A model generated the notes under the pieces. It was not told the origin of the DNA, ran no database searches, and saw nothing but the letters and a program-made list of their open reading frames with translations. A stretch of DNA of 62,651 nt, the filler included, from Nemertoderma westbladi (taxonomy: Eukaryota > Animalia > Xenacoelomorpha), in the NCBI GenBank assembly GCA_032718475.1. It is 3 parts of 3 records of this genome, joined end to end, with 100 filler letters (N's around TTAATTAATTAA, not from the genome) between each part and the next. Parts side by side here need not be neighbours in the genome. Positions count along the whole stretch, not along the records: positions 1 to 28,179 come from JAUCBJ010006479.1; 2 more parts are not named here. One strand, written 5' to 3'. How positions within the stretch are numbered: position 1 is the stretch's first letter; every line of letters begins with the position of its first letter. Positions 10,614 through 23,129 of the stretch are shown piece by piece. Made by a program: the position numbers and the translations under genes.

Positions 10614-13600
10614 TCTATATTACGTTTGTTTAGCCTGTAGTAAGCTGGTAAGGCAGTAAGGTGTAAGGCGTAAGGGGTTACCACTGTCGACTGTATAAGT
10701 TAATATCCTTACGGAGTTAATCTGCATCTAGCATCTAGTTCAGTAGTTCAGTAGTTGTCAAGAGCTCAGAAGAACTGTAAATCTCAGCTAACGGACGCGG
10801 ACGGGAACAGCCATCATCAACTCATGGCTCAATCAGTAAGTTCTGAAGTTGTATTGTAAGAAGTACTGAAGAACTGAAGTATGCCTAGGCCTAATTCATA
10901 ATTTGTAATTTATAACTGTTGAAAGCAGTAATGGCAAATGGGGTTGTTATTATTTGTTTTAATAGGCCTCAGCCTGTCAGCCTGTCAGTCTTCATATCTC
11001 ATCACTACCAGACAGCCAGACTGTCCTGCCCTGCTACTGTAGCAGAACTACAGACCAGACAGCCACAGCTTGGCAGCTTAGCTCAGAGCTGGCAGCGTCT
11101 GAGCGTGGCAGGCCAGCAGGCAGTACAGTAGGTACGGTACGGTACCGGTGAATCAATTTAAAAAGTTTCAGTTTCTTGTAATCCTCTGTCAGTTTTCTAG
11201 CAGCCTTTCTTTTATACAACAACAACAAAGTGATCATGGAACCTTTGTTTAATGGAACCAGTCAATCTTCTTCTAAGAGTTCTTATGCAACGGCCGTGGA
11301 AGAAATTGAGTTGGTGCTGGACGAAGTATAGCGGCCGTCGCAGATACAAGAAAACGTTGCGGCCAACATTCACCTCACCCTCAGCCCAACAATGTAGAAC
11401 AATCAAACTGGCTGTGAAGAATCTTTAAAGATCCAGAACATCAGATTAAGGTTTCGTTTGCAATAATCACATATCTTCTGGCATTTATTATCGCTGTAAT
11501 ATTACTAATGGTGTTGTTACAACCTGCACCAGCTGAGTCCACCACCGTTACCAATTATTCTAACAGAAGTAGCAGACACCGGATGGTGCCTCCTCTACAA
11601 CCGAGGCCGCTGAAAGTATCGCACCAACGACCACAGATAGTACCTCCCTAACAACCTCAATCACTGATTCGACTCACATACCGTAACGTTAGACATCTTC
11701 TCATGTGCCGATAACCGGAACCCAACTAAAGTGGTATAGCTTGTGTGACCATTTTTGAACATTGATTTTTTATATATTAGTGAATGTTCTAGTCCTATGT
11801 AGTTCCTTGCAAAAAGTGTCTAGTGAATTATAGAACATTGTAGATATCTTTGGTAGCTAATGTTTTTTCCTACCGTAGCTAGTTTATTTTCAAAAAATGT
11901 TATAGTTTTTATGATATTCGTGAATGTTCTAGAACATATTTTTTTATGGTAGCTTGTGTTTTTTTTACTACAGTAGCTAGTATTAGCCGTAAAAGCTTCA
12001 AAGTGCTAAATTATGAACAATGGCGAATCTAATTTTATTTATTTGTGGGGAATTATTTGTAAATATGCACTTAAAATTTCTATAACAACCTAATAATGAC
12101 GCAGTGACATATTGGATATACTGGAAATACATAGTAAAATGTATGGCGTAGGGACATATTGAGAAATAATGTCGCAATGCGATATAAAGCTGGAAAATAT
12201 GTCGCCCTGGCGATTTGATAGTGTGAAATTAATTCCACACAAATAAATAATAGCTATTTATTTTATTGTGTATAATGTAGGACTTTATCTCACCCCGGTC
12301 CCGAATGCTAATATTTACACGAACGAGTGAAGCGAGTGAGTGAAATATTGAAACGAGGTGATATGATCAATATAATATGTTGTTTTATTGTTAAATTACT
12401 GGATTACTTAACAAGGTGTATAATATAGTGTATAACAGTAGCCATTTATTATATTTCATTTCATGTTTTTCATGTTTTGTTCACGATTCACATTTTCGCT
12501 ATTATATACCAAATTTCTAAAACTATGTTCTAGACCTCTTAAAAAGGTTACAGAAAAAAATTCTGGAAGATTTTTATAAACCAGCAAACATGTTCTAGAA
12601 CAACAATTTAAAATAACAAAAACTAGCTCCGCTATTATATTAGTTTAGAACTATTTTAAAAAATGTAATAGAATTATAAAAATAATAGCTAACATGCTGG
12701 CGAACATACATACTGTACTACTGTAGTATAAAAAAAATACCTTATATTAGTTAATTTCTTATTATTAGGTAACTGGAACAAGAAATAGCTATAATACACT
12801 CTGTCATTTAGTAACCAAGACAGCGTGAGCGATATATAAATAGGTGGATTACTTACCAGAAATTTAACAATAATTAACTATTTACATACTGTACTTGTGT
12901 GTAAAGTAGCACTTTACAGTATGATGATCCGAGTGGCTTTGTTACACGAACGAACGTTAGTGAGTGAGTGAAAATAAAGCCACGAGGATCAGAACACTGT
13001 AAAGTACTGTACTTTGCAACAAGTACAGTACAGTATGTATGTAGTTTTATTCCAAAATTTTAACATTACAAAATGATTGTACATATACAGTACATTATAA
13101 GTAATAGAAACTGCACAAATTATATTAGTTGCTGTATAAATAAATGTAAAAATAACATAAATTATGTTATAAATAAGTTAGCTTATATTTATGGTGGCTT
13201 TTGGAGCCATGTTGATAGCTACTGGTTATTAATAGCTATACCCCGCCTACCGGTAGGTAATGCAGTAGGCCTATCTGGCTGTCAGGCAAATTTCCACCTA
13301 TTGTTTACGGCGTTAAGTAATGTCCACTAAGGGGACATTACTTAACGGATAACACCAAATACAATACTAAATGTAATGTACAGGCCAATACAATGCTGTA
13401 ATGTCCTCAAAAGTTGTAATGTGCTAAATAAAAACTCGCTGTTAATACTAACGGCGTTGAGTAATGTTATAATTCTGGAATAATAACTATTTACATCATT
13501 GTGTGCAAAGTAGCACTTTGCAGCGTTATGACACGAGTTTATTTATGTACCGAGCGAGCGCAGCGAAGGAGGTTTACATAAATATACAAGGGTCTTTAAC

Positions 13601-14796
13601 GCTGAAAAGTGAACTTTGCAAGCAATGATGTATGTAATTTTGTTACATTATCTCAACTTATCAGCGTTCGGTATGTGAACAAAGGATTTTATGGATGCTC
13701 ATATGGGTCGTTCTCACAAAAAGTGGCCAAACTTTTATGTCAAAATGTCCATGCATTCGCACGGTTATATTTCCAACGACACAGTTTTAACCCCATGAAC
13801 CTATATACCAATCGGAAGAGCGGAAATCTGCTCATATTTCAGCAAATTTTCAACAGATTCCATTAACAACCTAGAGAATGACACCATTTCAAATATCGAA
13901 AATGCATGTTTTATGAAATGTCACATTGAATTATTTTGAAATATTTGGCTTCTGAGCTAAAGCAATGAAAGCAAAGTTTCCACATACCATACATAAAAAT
14001 AAAGCAAATTTAATGCTCTTTCACATACTAACATACTATTGGTGGTTTTCAACCGAAGCTACTCACATTTTATATATTTACTATTTACTAACAATTAATT
14101 ACGCCGTCACTAGGATTTTGTCCACCATGTAACGCTCGTTTTTATGACATGGTTTTTTTATATTTATTCACAACATCTCCAAGTGAGATATTTCTAAACG
14201 GCGATTTATTCAGCTATCAGCAGGTAAAAAAATTATAAGAATTCGTTCATTAGAACTCGAGCGTTGTGCGAAAACGTAAATCTACATAAAATACCGTCAT
14301 TAGGAATGTCCTCAATGTAACGCTACTTTGAATAGCGATAACTTTTGCTTTACTAATCATATCGACACCATTGAGGGCTCATATGAAAGAGCAATCGCAG
14401 ATCTATCGAATCACATATTTGATTTTAATATAGTTTCAAAACAGACTATAGTCAACGCCATGCTAATGAAAAATGTCTTCAATGTCCATCATGTAACGCA
14501 TGTAACGCTGTCACAATCAATAGCGTTACACTTGAGACATGTCCATCATGTAACGCAGTTGGGCCTGAACATACCTAGCAGTACGAGTGGCGTTTCTTTT
14601 ACAAATTAGGCAGTCAGGGTCAAATAATAGTCGATGGTTTCTGGTTTTCAGTATTTAGTATAAACTACTGTAGTAGTCTCATGAGTTTGTTTACCTTTCT
14701 TTATTTCGGTTCTAAAACGGTACTTCTTAATCGTCATGCAATTACAATTGTCAAACGGAATTAAGCGTGTTGTGTCCGGTAAGAACTTCTCGATTG

Positions 14797-16057
14797 AAGT
14801 TAGTGATGGCGTTATAGGTGAAGGACTTAGAGATTAAGTTAGTGATGGCGTTACACGTGAAGGACTTAGATATTAAGTTATTGATGGCGTTACACGTGAA
14901 GGACTTAGTTACACGTGAAGGACATAGAGATTAAGTTAGTGATGGGATGGCGTCACACGTGAAGGACTTAGAGATTAAGTTAGTGATGGCGTTACACGTG
15001 AAGGACTTAGAGATTAAGTTAGTGATGGCGTTACACGTGAAGGACTTAGAGATTAAGTTAGTGATGGGATGGCGTTACACGTGAAGGACTTAGAGATTAA
15101 GTTAGTGATGGCGTTACACGTGAAGGACTTAGAGATTAAGTTAGTGATGGCGTTACACGTGAAGGACTTAGTTACACGTGAAGGACTTAGAGATTAAGTT
15201 AGTGATGTGATGGCGTTACACGTGAAGGACTTAGAGATTAAGTTAGTGATGGCGTTACACGTGAAGGACTTAGTTACACGTAAAGGACTTAGTTACACGT
15301 GAAGGACTTAGAGATTACGTTAGTGATGGGATGGCGTTACACGTGAAGGACTTAGAGATTAAGTTAGTGATGGCGTTACACGTGAAGGACTTAGTTACAC
15401 GTGAAGGACTTAGAGATTAAGATAGTGATGGGATGGCGTTACACGTGAAGGACTTAGAGATTAAGTTAGTGATGTGATGGCGTTACACGTGAAGGACTTA
15501 GAGATTAAGTTAGTGATGGCGTTACACGTGAAGGACTTAGAGATTAAGTTAGTGATGGCGTTACACGTGAAGGACTTAGTTACACGTAAAGGACTTAGTT
15601 ACACGTGAAGGACTTAGAGATTACGTTAGTGATGGGATGGCGTTACACGTGAAGGACTTAGAGATTAAGTTAGTGATGGCGTTACACGTGAAGGACTTAG
15701 ATATTAAGTTAGTGATGACGTTACACGTGAAGGACTTAGTTACACGTGAATGACTTAGAGATTACGTTAGTGATGGGATGGTGTTACACGTGAAGGACTT
15801 AGAGATTAAGTTAGTGATGGCGTTACACGTGAAGGACTTAGAGATTAAGTTAGTGATGGCGTTACACTTGAAGGACTTAGTTACACGTGAAGGACTTAGA
15901 GATTACGTTAGTGATGGGATGGTGTTACACGTGAAGGACTTAGAGATTAAGTTAGTGATGGCGTTACACGTGAAGGACTTAGAGATTAAGTTAGTGATGG
16001 CGTTACACTTGAAGGACTTAGTTACACGTGAAGGACTTAGAGATTACGTTAGTGATG
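14797..16057. repeat. 39-bp minisatellite GTTAGTGATGGCGTTACACGTGAAGGACTTAGAGATTAA with deletion/insertion variants
   Basis: Visible tandem array inside the TIR element. Confidence 0.95.
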
Positions 16058-16297
16058 ATTTTAAGGATTCCGTTAACTATTTTGTACAATTAGTGTTACA
16101 ATAGTATGTATATTCATATTGTATGTATACAAATAATACAAACTAAATAATTTGCTGATTTGAAAAATATTATTTTCAGCCATTGGGTCGATAAATAAAT
16201 CCTTAAAAAACCCGTATAAATATAAAATAAATCCGTACATGACATTAAAGTGACTGTTGAATTTCTGGTATATATTTTAAATGTCAAATCCTGGATA

Positions 16298-16545
16298 CTG
16301 ATTGGCTAACAAGTAGCGTTACATTCGAGACAACGAGTTAGATTGTGGGCGTTTTGTGAAATGAAGGCTGCTGATTGGCTAACAAGTAGCGTTACATTCG
16401 AGACAACGAGTTAGATTGTGGGCGTTTTGTGAAATGAAGGCTGCTGATTGGCTAACAAGTAGCGTTACATTCGAGACAACGAGTTAGATTGTGGGCGTTT
16501 TGTGAAATGAAGGCTGCTGATTGGCTAACAAGTAGCGTTACACAA
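16298..16545. repeat. 73-bp tandem repeat, ~3.4 copies
   Basis: CTGATTGGCTAACAAGTAGCGTTACA starts at 16298, 16371, 16444 and 16517. Confidence 0.95.
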
Positions 16546-18254
16546 GCGACAAAATGTTACATTGTGGACATTAGTTTTTCGCGAATAAAACCTTACGACT
16601 TTACTAAATAAACGGCCCACTAGTGTATTCGAAATCGCCTCATCGAGTGCTCTCGAAATATGTATATATATTTACATGGTTTTGACAAAAAAAAATTTTG
16701 ACAATTTTTTCTCAAAATTTTGGCCACTTTTTGTGAGAACAACCCATATACATTTTAATCATGATCGAATATAAGTGAAATTTAGTAACAGGTACACTGG
16801 TACACAGTATTAATTATACATTTAAATCTAATTTCATTACAGTTTATTTGAAATTATCTCATGCATGGATGTGATAAATCGTTAATCCATCTTGACTTTA
16901 GTCGACTAGTCCCGTCGCTGCAAACTGGATAATAAAGCAACACTCATTAACATAAATGGAAATAATACATTCTGGAATACGGTAATTGAAGTTGTTTCCA
17001 TGTCATTGATTACTTTGCAGCGTTCCTTCCTATAGGCCGCAACGCTGCAAAGTAGTACTTTGCAGCGTTACGAGTAATTCACAAGAACGCTGTTAAGTAG
17101 TCATAATGTAACAAAATATATTATTGTTTAATAAGTAATTATACGTTGCACTACTGTAGCCGCACTTATTCTCCGTACTCCGTACCGTAATAACTCCGTA
17201 TCGCAGTTATTCTTCGTCCTTATTTGTTGATACTGTACCAATGGAAAGGTTTCGTTACAAGGATTCCAAATTTGTTAATGTTAATGTCGTTGAGAAATAG
17301 CTGAGAATGACCGTTTAAAAACTGCAGATATTTGTATTCTATACAGGCAGCCAGCAGGAAAGGCCATTTATTACGGTATATTTGTTAATAAATAAGCCTA
17401 CACAATATTCTGGAACAATTATTTATTTAAAGATTTGAAGAGCAATATTCCCCATTTACCTGGGTAAATAATGCAAATCTTATACCACTGGTCCTTTGAC
17501 TGAGGGGTAAATAATGTAAATTTAAACAGTGAAAGCTAGCACAGCTAGTGTAGCTCGGCCCGCCCTCTTGCAGTGGGGGAAGTAGGAACTTATTTTATGT
17601 TTTGCGGGTGGTCAGTGAGGCTGTGATTGAAAAGTTTAAGATACTTGAAGTAGTTTGTGATCTCAAAAAAGTTAAAAAATAAAAAAGTGTTGGGTTCGGG
17701 AAACAATAACAAAAAAATGATTCCTTAAAAGCTTCTGGGAGAAAGATAAACAAAATAATGGTGAGGTGCAACATGACCTACTATAAGAATTTATAGGTCA
17801 TCGGTGCAACCTGGGGTTATAATTGAATTCTTGGGCGCATTAATAATTCGGATACGGGAGTAAATTGTAATTTAACCGACGTTTAAAAGTTTCAAGACTA
17901 GGACTACCGGTATTACGGATAGTAGATTCAGTATAGATTCAGATAACGCGTTCTACTAATGTTCTAGAACATTTACCAATAACAAAATGAGTTTTGGGAT
18001 GAATATAAAAAAAGGATTTGCTGACGTCAATGGATATGGTTACTGGCTGGGATTGGATGCGATTCATCTGATAACGAAGGGATGGAAATGTTCTAACATG
18101 GGAGAGTGACCGTGGTGATTTAGATAATGGACTGGCCGGAGCGAAAGGGAAACAATTCTCGACGAAAGATATCGAGATAACATGATGATACCAGCAGGTT
18201 ATTGGCACAGAATCGAGAAAGCGGTTGGTGACAAAGGAGTCTAAAACGGGCCCC

Positions 18255-19292
18255 ATGCCGGCTTATCAACAAATTTGCACCGCCACAAATCACTATCCAC
18301 CATGGATTTCGTGAGATTATCCGCATCTTCAAGGACATCGTCCTTTAACAGGCGTCTCACGGGTACTAGTGTGTTTTGTGCACACCCCCCCCCCCCCCCC
18401 CCCCCTAAAATTTTTTATACTAGCTAGTTTTTGTTACTTTTTTAAAAACATGTTCTAGAACATATAATCTATTCATTTAATATAACAATTTTGTTTTAGA
18501 ACAAATATTTTTTGTTCTAGAACAAAAATAGAAAAAAACAAGCTAATTTGTTTATATTTTTCATTTTTTATTGTATGCTATCTTTGTATTAATTTCTTAA
18601 ACTAGATAGTTTTTGTTTCCTTTTTAAAAAAAAATGTTCTAGAGTATATTATCTATTCATTTAATATAAAAATTTAGTTCTGGAACAAATATTATTTGTT
18701 CTAGAACAAAAAAAAACAAAAAATAATTAAATTTGTTAATTTTTTATTCTATGTTATCTTTGTATCACATATTTAATGAAAATCACTAGCTAGAATGAAA
18801 ATTTGTAGTTGTTAGTAATTGTTTTTAACACTTACTAATCAAATAAAAAGCACCACAAAATAACATTTTTTTTAATGTTCTAGAACAAAAAATAATTGTT
18901 CTAGAACATTACTTTTCACAAAAATGAATAGACGAAATGTTCTAGAACATTAAAAAATAAAATAAAAAAAACTAGCTTTGATAACTTCAAAAATACCTAA
19001 TTAATTAATTTTGTTCTAGAACAACAATTATTTGTTCTAGAACAAAATTAATAAAAAAATGAAAGACAATATGTTCTAGAACATTAAAAAAAAGTAACAA
19101 AAACTAGCTAGTATAAAAAATTTGAGGGGGGTGTGCACAAAACACACTAGTACCCGTCTCACGAAAGTCATAAGCTTTCCACCGTGCTTATTTTCTCCAT
19201 GCCTTTCCCCTACGTATTCGAAGGTCCCCCCCACCTAACTTCCGGATCCATGACCCCGGGTAACAGAAGTGGTCCACATGCTCAAGCATACA
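18255..19292 (-). mobile_element. Decayed 3' fragment of the RTE-like LINE family, split by a MITE
   Basis: 18255-18360 and 19195-19292 are diverged reverse complements of ~45220-45325 and ~44860-44955. Confidence 0.75.
18362..19154. mobile_element. Foldback MITE with 9-bp TSD CGTCTCACG (Mutator-like)
   Basis: CGTCTCACG|GGTACTAGTGTGTTTTGTGCACACCCC ... GGGGTGTGCACAAAACACACTAGTACC|CGTCTCACG; long AT-rich inverted arms. Confidence 0.9.
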
Positions 19293-21557
19293 CTGTCATA
19301 CAGTAAACTGAGGCAGAATTAAGAATAAATGGCAAAGTGAAACTGAAATTCATTGAATTTAATCTTAATGACCAGAACTAACTAATTATTATTGCAAAGC
19401 TACTCGTGAAAACTGTATGTAATGTATAAGTAATAATCGAATAAATATCATATACTAGCACCAGCAATGAAATAGACTTATTTAAGCACAAAGTTATCAT
19501 TCATGGGTGTAGGGCGTATAGTCAAGCAGACAGTGGCGACCATTTGAAATAAACCATCATGATCATAAACCATTTGAAATTATGTTATATTTTACATAGT
19601 CCGCATTGAGCAATTTTTTCTAGAACACTATTTATCTTAACGACAGATGTTTTACATAGCAACAATAATGAATTAACACGCAAGGGTATATTTATCTATT
19701 TAGACACTGGTCAATCATAAATAAGGAGAACCCAAGCTCGAGAAAATAAAAACTTAAGGAATAAGGATTATGTTTGCAGTTATGAGTTACAAATTTTGTA
19801 ACATTGTAGTGTTATGGCAAACACTGTTACTGGTAGTGAACATGTAATACATACAAGGCTCGATGTGCAATTTGGAGCTCATCACTGTGGCCAAGTAATG
19901 CACCGACATACCTGTCTGTTATGAATATATGCTGTCAGCACCCTAACTCTCGCTAGACATGTATCCTCAAGAACTGGTGGAAAATATGTTGGAAATATGT
20001 TAATTCGAATGTTGACTTTGTGGCCGACGCATTTATGTACAGAATGGCGCAGGTTTATCCTTTTCGAAGTACTGTAGCAGTGGTTTCCAAAACTGAGATG
20101 TTGTTTCTGTAAGGTGATGTTCGGTATTACCAGTGGACCGTGAAATGAAAGGTGAAAGACTGTCGATGAAACAACTTCTGCATTTGCAGTAATTACTTTT
20201 AGTTGAATGTTTGATAATATATTTATTAACACGTTATCACAGTCCTTGTTCGTACACTTGCAATAAAAATTGAAAGCCCAATTTACAAATTGTTCCCACA
20301 TCCAACCAAAGTTTGTAGGCTATAGTGGCGGCTGCCGGCTGCATATTATCTACAGCCGCTCTCCAGAATAATACTTGCGAGCCCGCTCTGCTTATATTCA
20401 TTCTTGACTGCTGCAGTTTCCTTTAATTCTAAATTTTACATCTGAAATAAATAATACTTTCATTATATTTTGTGCAAGATAATTCGCAATGCTAGGTTAG
20501 CTTTGCAGGAATTAAAAGTTCTAGGAATTCGAATAATATATCAATATCTGCATTATACAATAGTAAAAAAAGCCAATCAAACAGTCGGACTGAAGGCATC
20601 TCTTCGAAGATATGGAGGGCCTTTAGTCACAATCAAAATTCATCCCTCTCCAGGGAAAATTCACAATTCCAATTTGGACTAAAGGTTAACTAAAGCCTCT
20701 CCCAAAGAAAGGAGACCTCGGTATACCAACACACTATCGTGGGATCTGTCTGCTTGTGGTAGCTGCCAAAATATACAATAAAATGATTCTATATAGGATT
20801 AGGCCTCACATAGAGAATGTTGCTCTTTTATGTTGCGTTTTATTCACATTTTTTGTATGTAGGCCTATGTTATAAACAAATAAAGTTGAAAAAATATTTC
20901 TATCATAACAAAAAAAATCTGCCATATTTTAAAATAAATAAATAAAATCTGAAATATTAAAAAAAAAATACAATAATATTGTATAAATGCTGGGTAACGG
21001 CAATATGTTCCAGAACATTTATATGTATCAAAACTTAAAAATAGCTACATAAAAAGTATTATAAAATGATCAATAATGCTTGATAGGGCCGTGGTGATGG
21101 AGACGTTTTAAAATTCTTTTCCAACAACAATTGTAAAGCGAAAATACAAATCTTTTTACATATAAGTATTATACAATATTCTATATATTAAATGGTGGTG
21201 CACATTAAGTATATTACCTTTAAAATTGACGTAACAACTTCGATAGAATCGGGTTCCCAAAATAGTTAGGTCTTCAAGCCCACCATCTCCCAAATCCAAC
21301 GGAATCTTCAAATTTCCAGCTAATTCTTCGTATCGTGGCAATCTTGTTTCGCAAATGGCAAAAGTCCTTTCTCATATTTCTATCGCTGCATTTTTCTAGC
21401 GTTTCCAACTTTTGGATTTTTTGGATCTATCGCCTTACATAAGGCGGTAGATCCAGATAAGGCAATCTTTCTCAAAACTAAATGTCACTATTAATCACAA
21501 TATATTTTAATTAATTTAGTCAAAGCACTCGTCGTCCCCAACTCTCTTTAAGGTCAT

Positions 21558-21655
21558 TTTCATTGCCTAAATGTAACTTATTACTGCAGTGTTTTGAATC
21601 ATAATAAATTTTCATTGCCTAAATGTAACTTATTACTGCAATGTTTTGAATCATA
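21558..21655. repeat. ~52-bp direct tandem duplication
   Basis: TTTTCATTGCCTAAATGTAACTTATTACTGCA.TGTTTTGAATCATAA occurs twice. Confidence 0.9.
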
Positions 21656-21952
21656 AAAACATAATATTCTAGAATGTTTAATGTTGTTGCTAACACATTC
21701 TCTACATAGATTAACATTTTTTTGGTAATTTTGTTATGATTTTATCCTCCAAACAAACGGCAATAAAAAAAATTGCTCAACCTTTCCCAAAGTCTTTATA
21801 GCGAAAATTTATTGTTATAATGTTGAACAACATCATGAGCAAATAAAATTGCAGTCATACGCTGGAGAACGGTTCGTCAGTAAAATGTACCAAGCGTCTA
21901 CTCGACTAGTAGGTGTATAATGGTAGGCCTAGTTTTGTAAGCGTAATACAAA

Positions 21953-22909
21953 CAAGGCGTACTATATACAAGGCCATGCCATCGAGTTAACTGGGGGCGG
22001 TGACTGGGGGCAAGATTTTTTTTTACAACAATTTGATATTTTGATATGGGAGGAATTCCTTATATTTTCATTTGCTGCAATTTGGTCAATGGACGTAATT
22101 GAAACATCCTCGTTAAGTAAGATACAAAATTTTATGGTAGCTAGTGTTTTAGGTAGGTTTAGCTAGTAGTTTCGACACTGGTTCCGACATCCTACTTCCC
22201 TCTATAAATATTTTGTAGAAGCTAGTTCTTGTTACTATTTGTATAGAAAATGTTCCAGAAGATGTTAGCTATTCATTTTTAAAAAAAAATTATGTTCTAG
22301 AACAAATATTTTTTGTTCTAGAACATTTTTTAGAAACAAATCAGGATTCAATTTAAAACGCATGGGAATCGTTCTAAAACGTGTTTAAAATCAATAAAAA
22401 AAATTGTGAAAAAAAATATTGTGAAAAACTTTTTGAACAAAATAAATTTTGAAATTTTTTTTTATTGATTTTAAACACGTTTTAGAACGGTTCCATGCGT
22501 TTTAAATAGAATCTCAATCTAGATTATTTTCTAAAAAATGATCTAGAACAAAAAATATTTGTTCTAGAACATAATTTTTTTAAAAAAATGAATAGCTAAC
22601 AACTTCTGGAACATTTTCTATACAAATAGTAACAAGAACTAGCTACTACAAAATATTTGTAGAAGGAAGTAGGATGTCGGAACCGGTGTCGAAACTACTA
22701 GCTAAACCTACCTAAAACACTAGCTACCATAAAATTTAGTATCTTGCTTAATGAGGAGACTTCAATTACGTCCATTGACCAAATTGCAGCAAATTAAAAT
22801 TTATAGAACTCTCCCCATATCAAAATATCAAATTGTTGTAAAAAAATCTTGCCCCCAGTCACCGCCCCCAGTTAACTCGATGGCATGGCCTTGTATATAG
22901 TACGCCTTG
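21953..22909. mobile_element. 957-bp near-perfect foldback element with CAAGG..CCTTG ends and 8-bp TSD AATACAAA (P-superfamily-like)
   Basis: AATACAAA|CAAGGCGTACTATATACAAGGCCATGCC ... GGCATGGCCTTGTATATAGTACGCCTTG|AATACAAA; the arms pair almost to the centre (~22430). Confidence 0.92.
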
Positions 22910-23129
22910 AATACAAACAGGCATTACATACGCCTTAATTCAAGAAAGAAGAATTAAAGGCAGAACCCCGCAAACAAAATATAAATAAGTGCATTAGTTA
23001 CAAACTTTCTGCCTCAAATAAAGGCCTTCTTCAGGTGCTGTAAATAGGATGGTTTTATTTAAATTCCAAACAGAAACAAGTATTGTTTTCCAAGTGCGAT
23101 AAATAACAATAAGACACCATGCGGTAGCG

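Larger units (their letters stand above)
13705..16745. mobile_element. 3.0-kb non-autonomous TIR element with GGG..CCC ends and AT(AT) flanks (ISL2EU/PHIS-like, tentative), nested in a hairpin element
   Basis: ATAT|GGGTCGTTCTCACAAAAAGTGGCCAAA ... TTTGGCCACTTTTTGTGAGAACAACCC|ATAT; no transposase ORF. Confidence 0.8.
12030..17117. mobile_element. Stack of related non-autonomous hairpin elements (Crypton-like or Helentron-associated; class uncertain)
   Basis: Hairpins centred on CGAACGAGTGAAGCGAGTGAG-like motifs at ~12318, ~12947 and ~13551, with similar junctions AATAA..(G/A)CTATTTA at ~12246, ~12868 and ~13480. Confidence 0.55.

Noticed and set aside
11236-11690. Coding-looking Ser/Thr-rich sequence divergent from AGTPBP1
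   Set aside because: Interrupted by stops in all frames, with no recognisable homology; at best a decayed fragment.
22990-23040. Hammerhead-like CUGAAGA...GAAA on the minus strand in the AVEN 3' region
   Set aside because: Stem II is imperfect, and I could not form stems I and III around a cleavage triplet.
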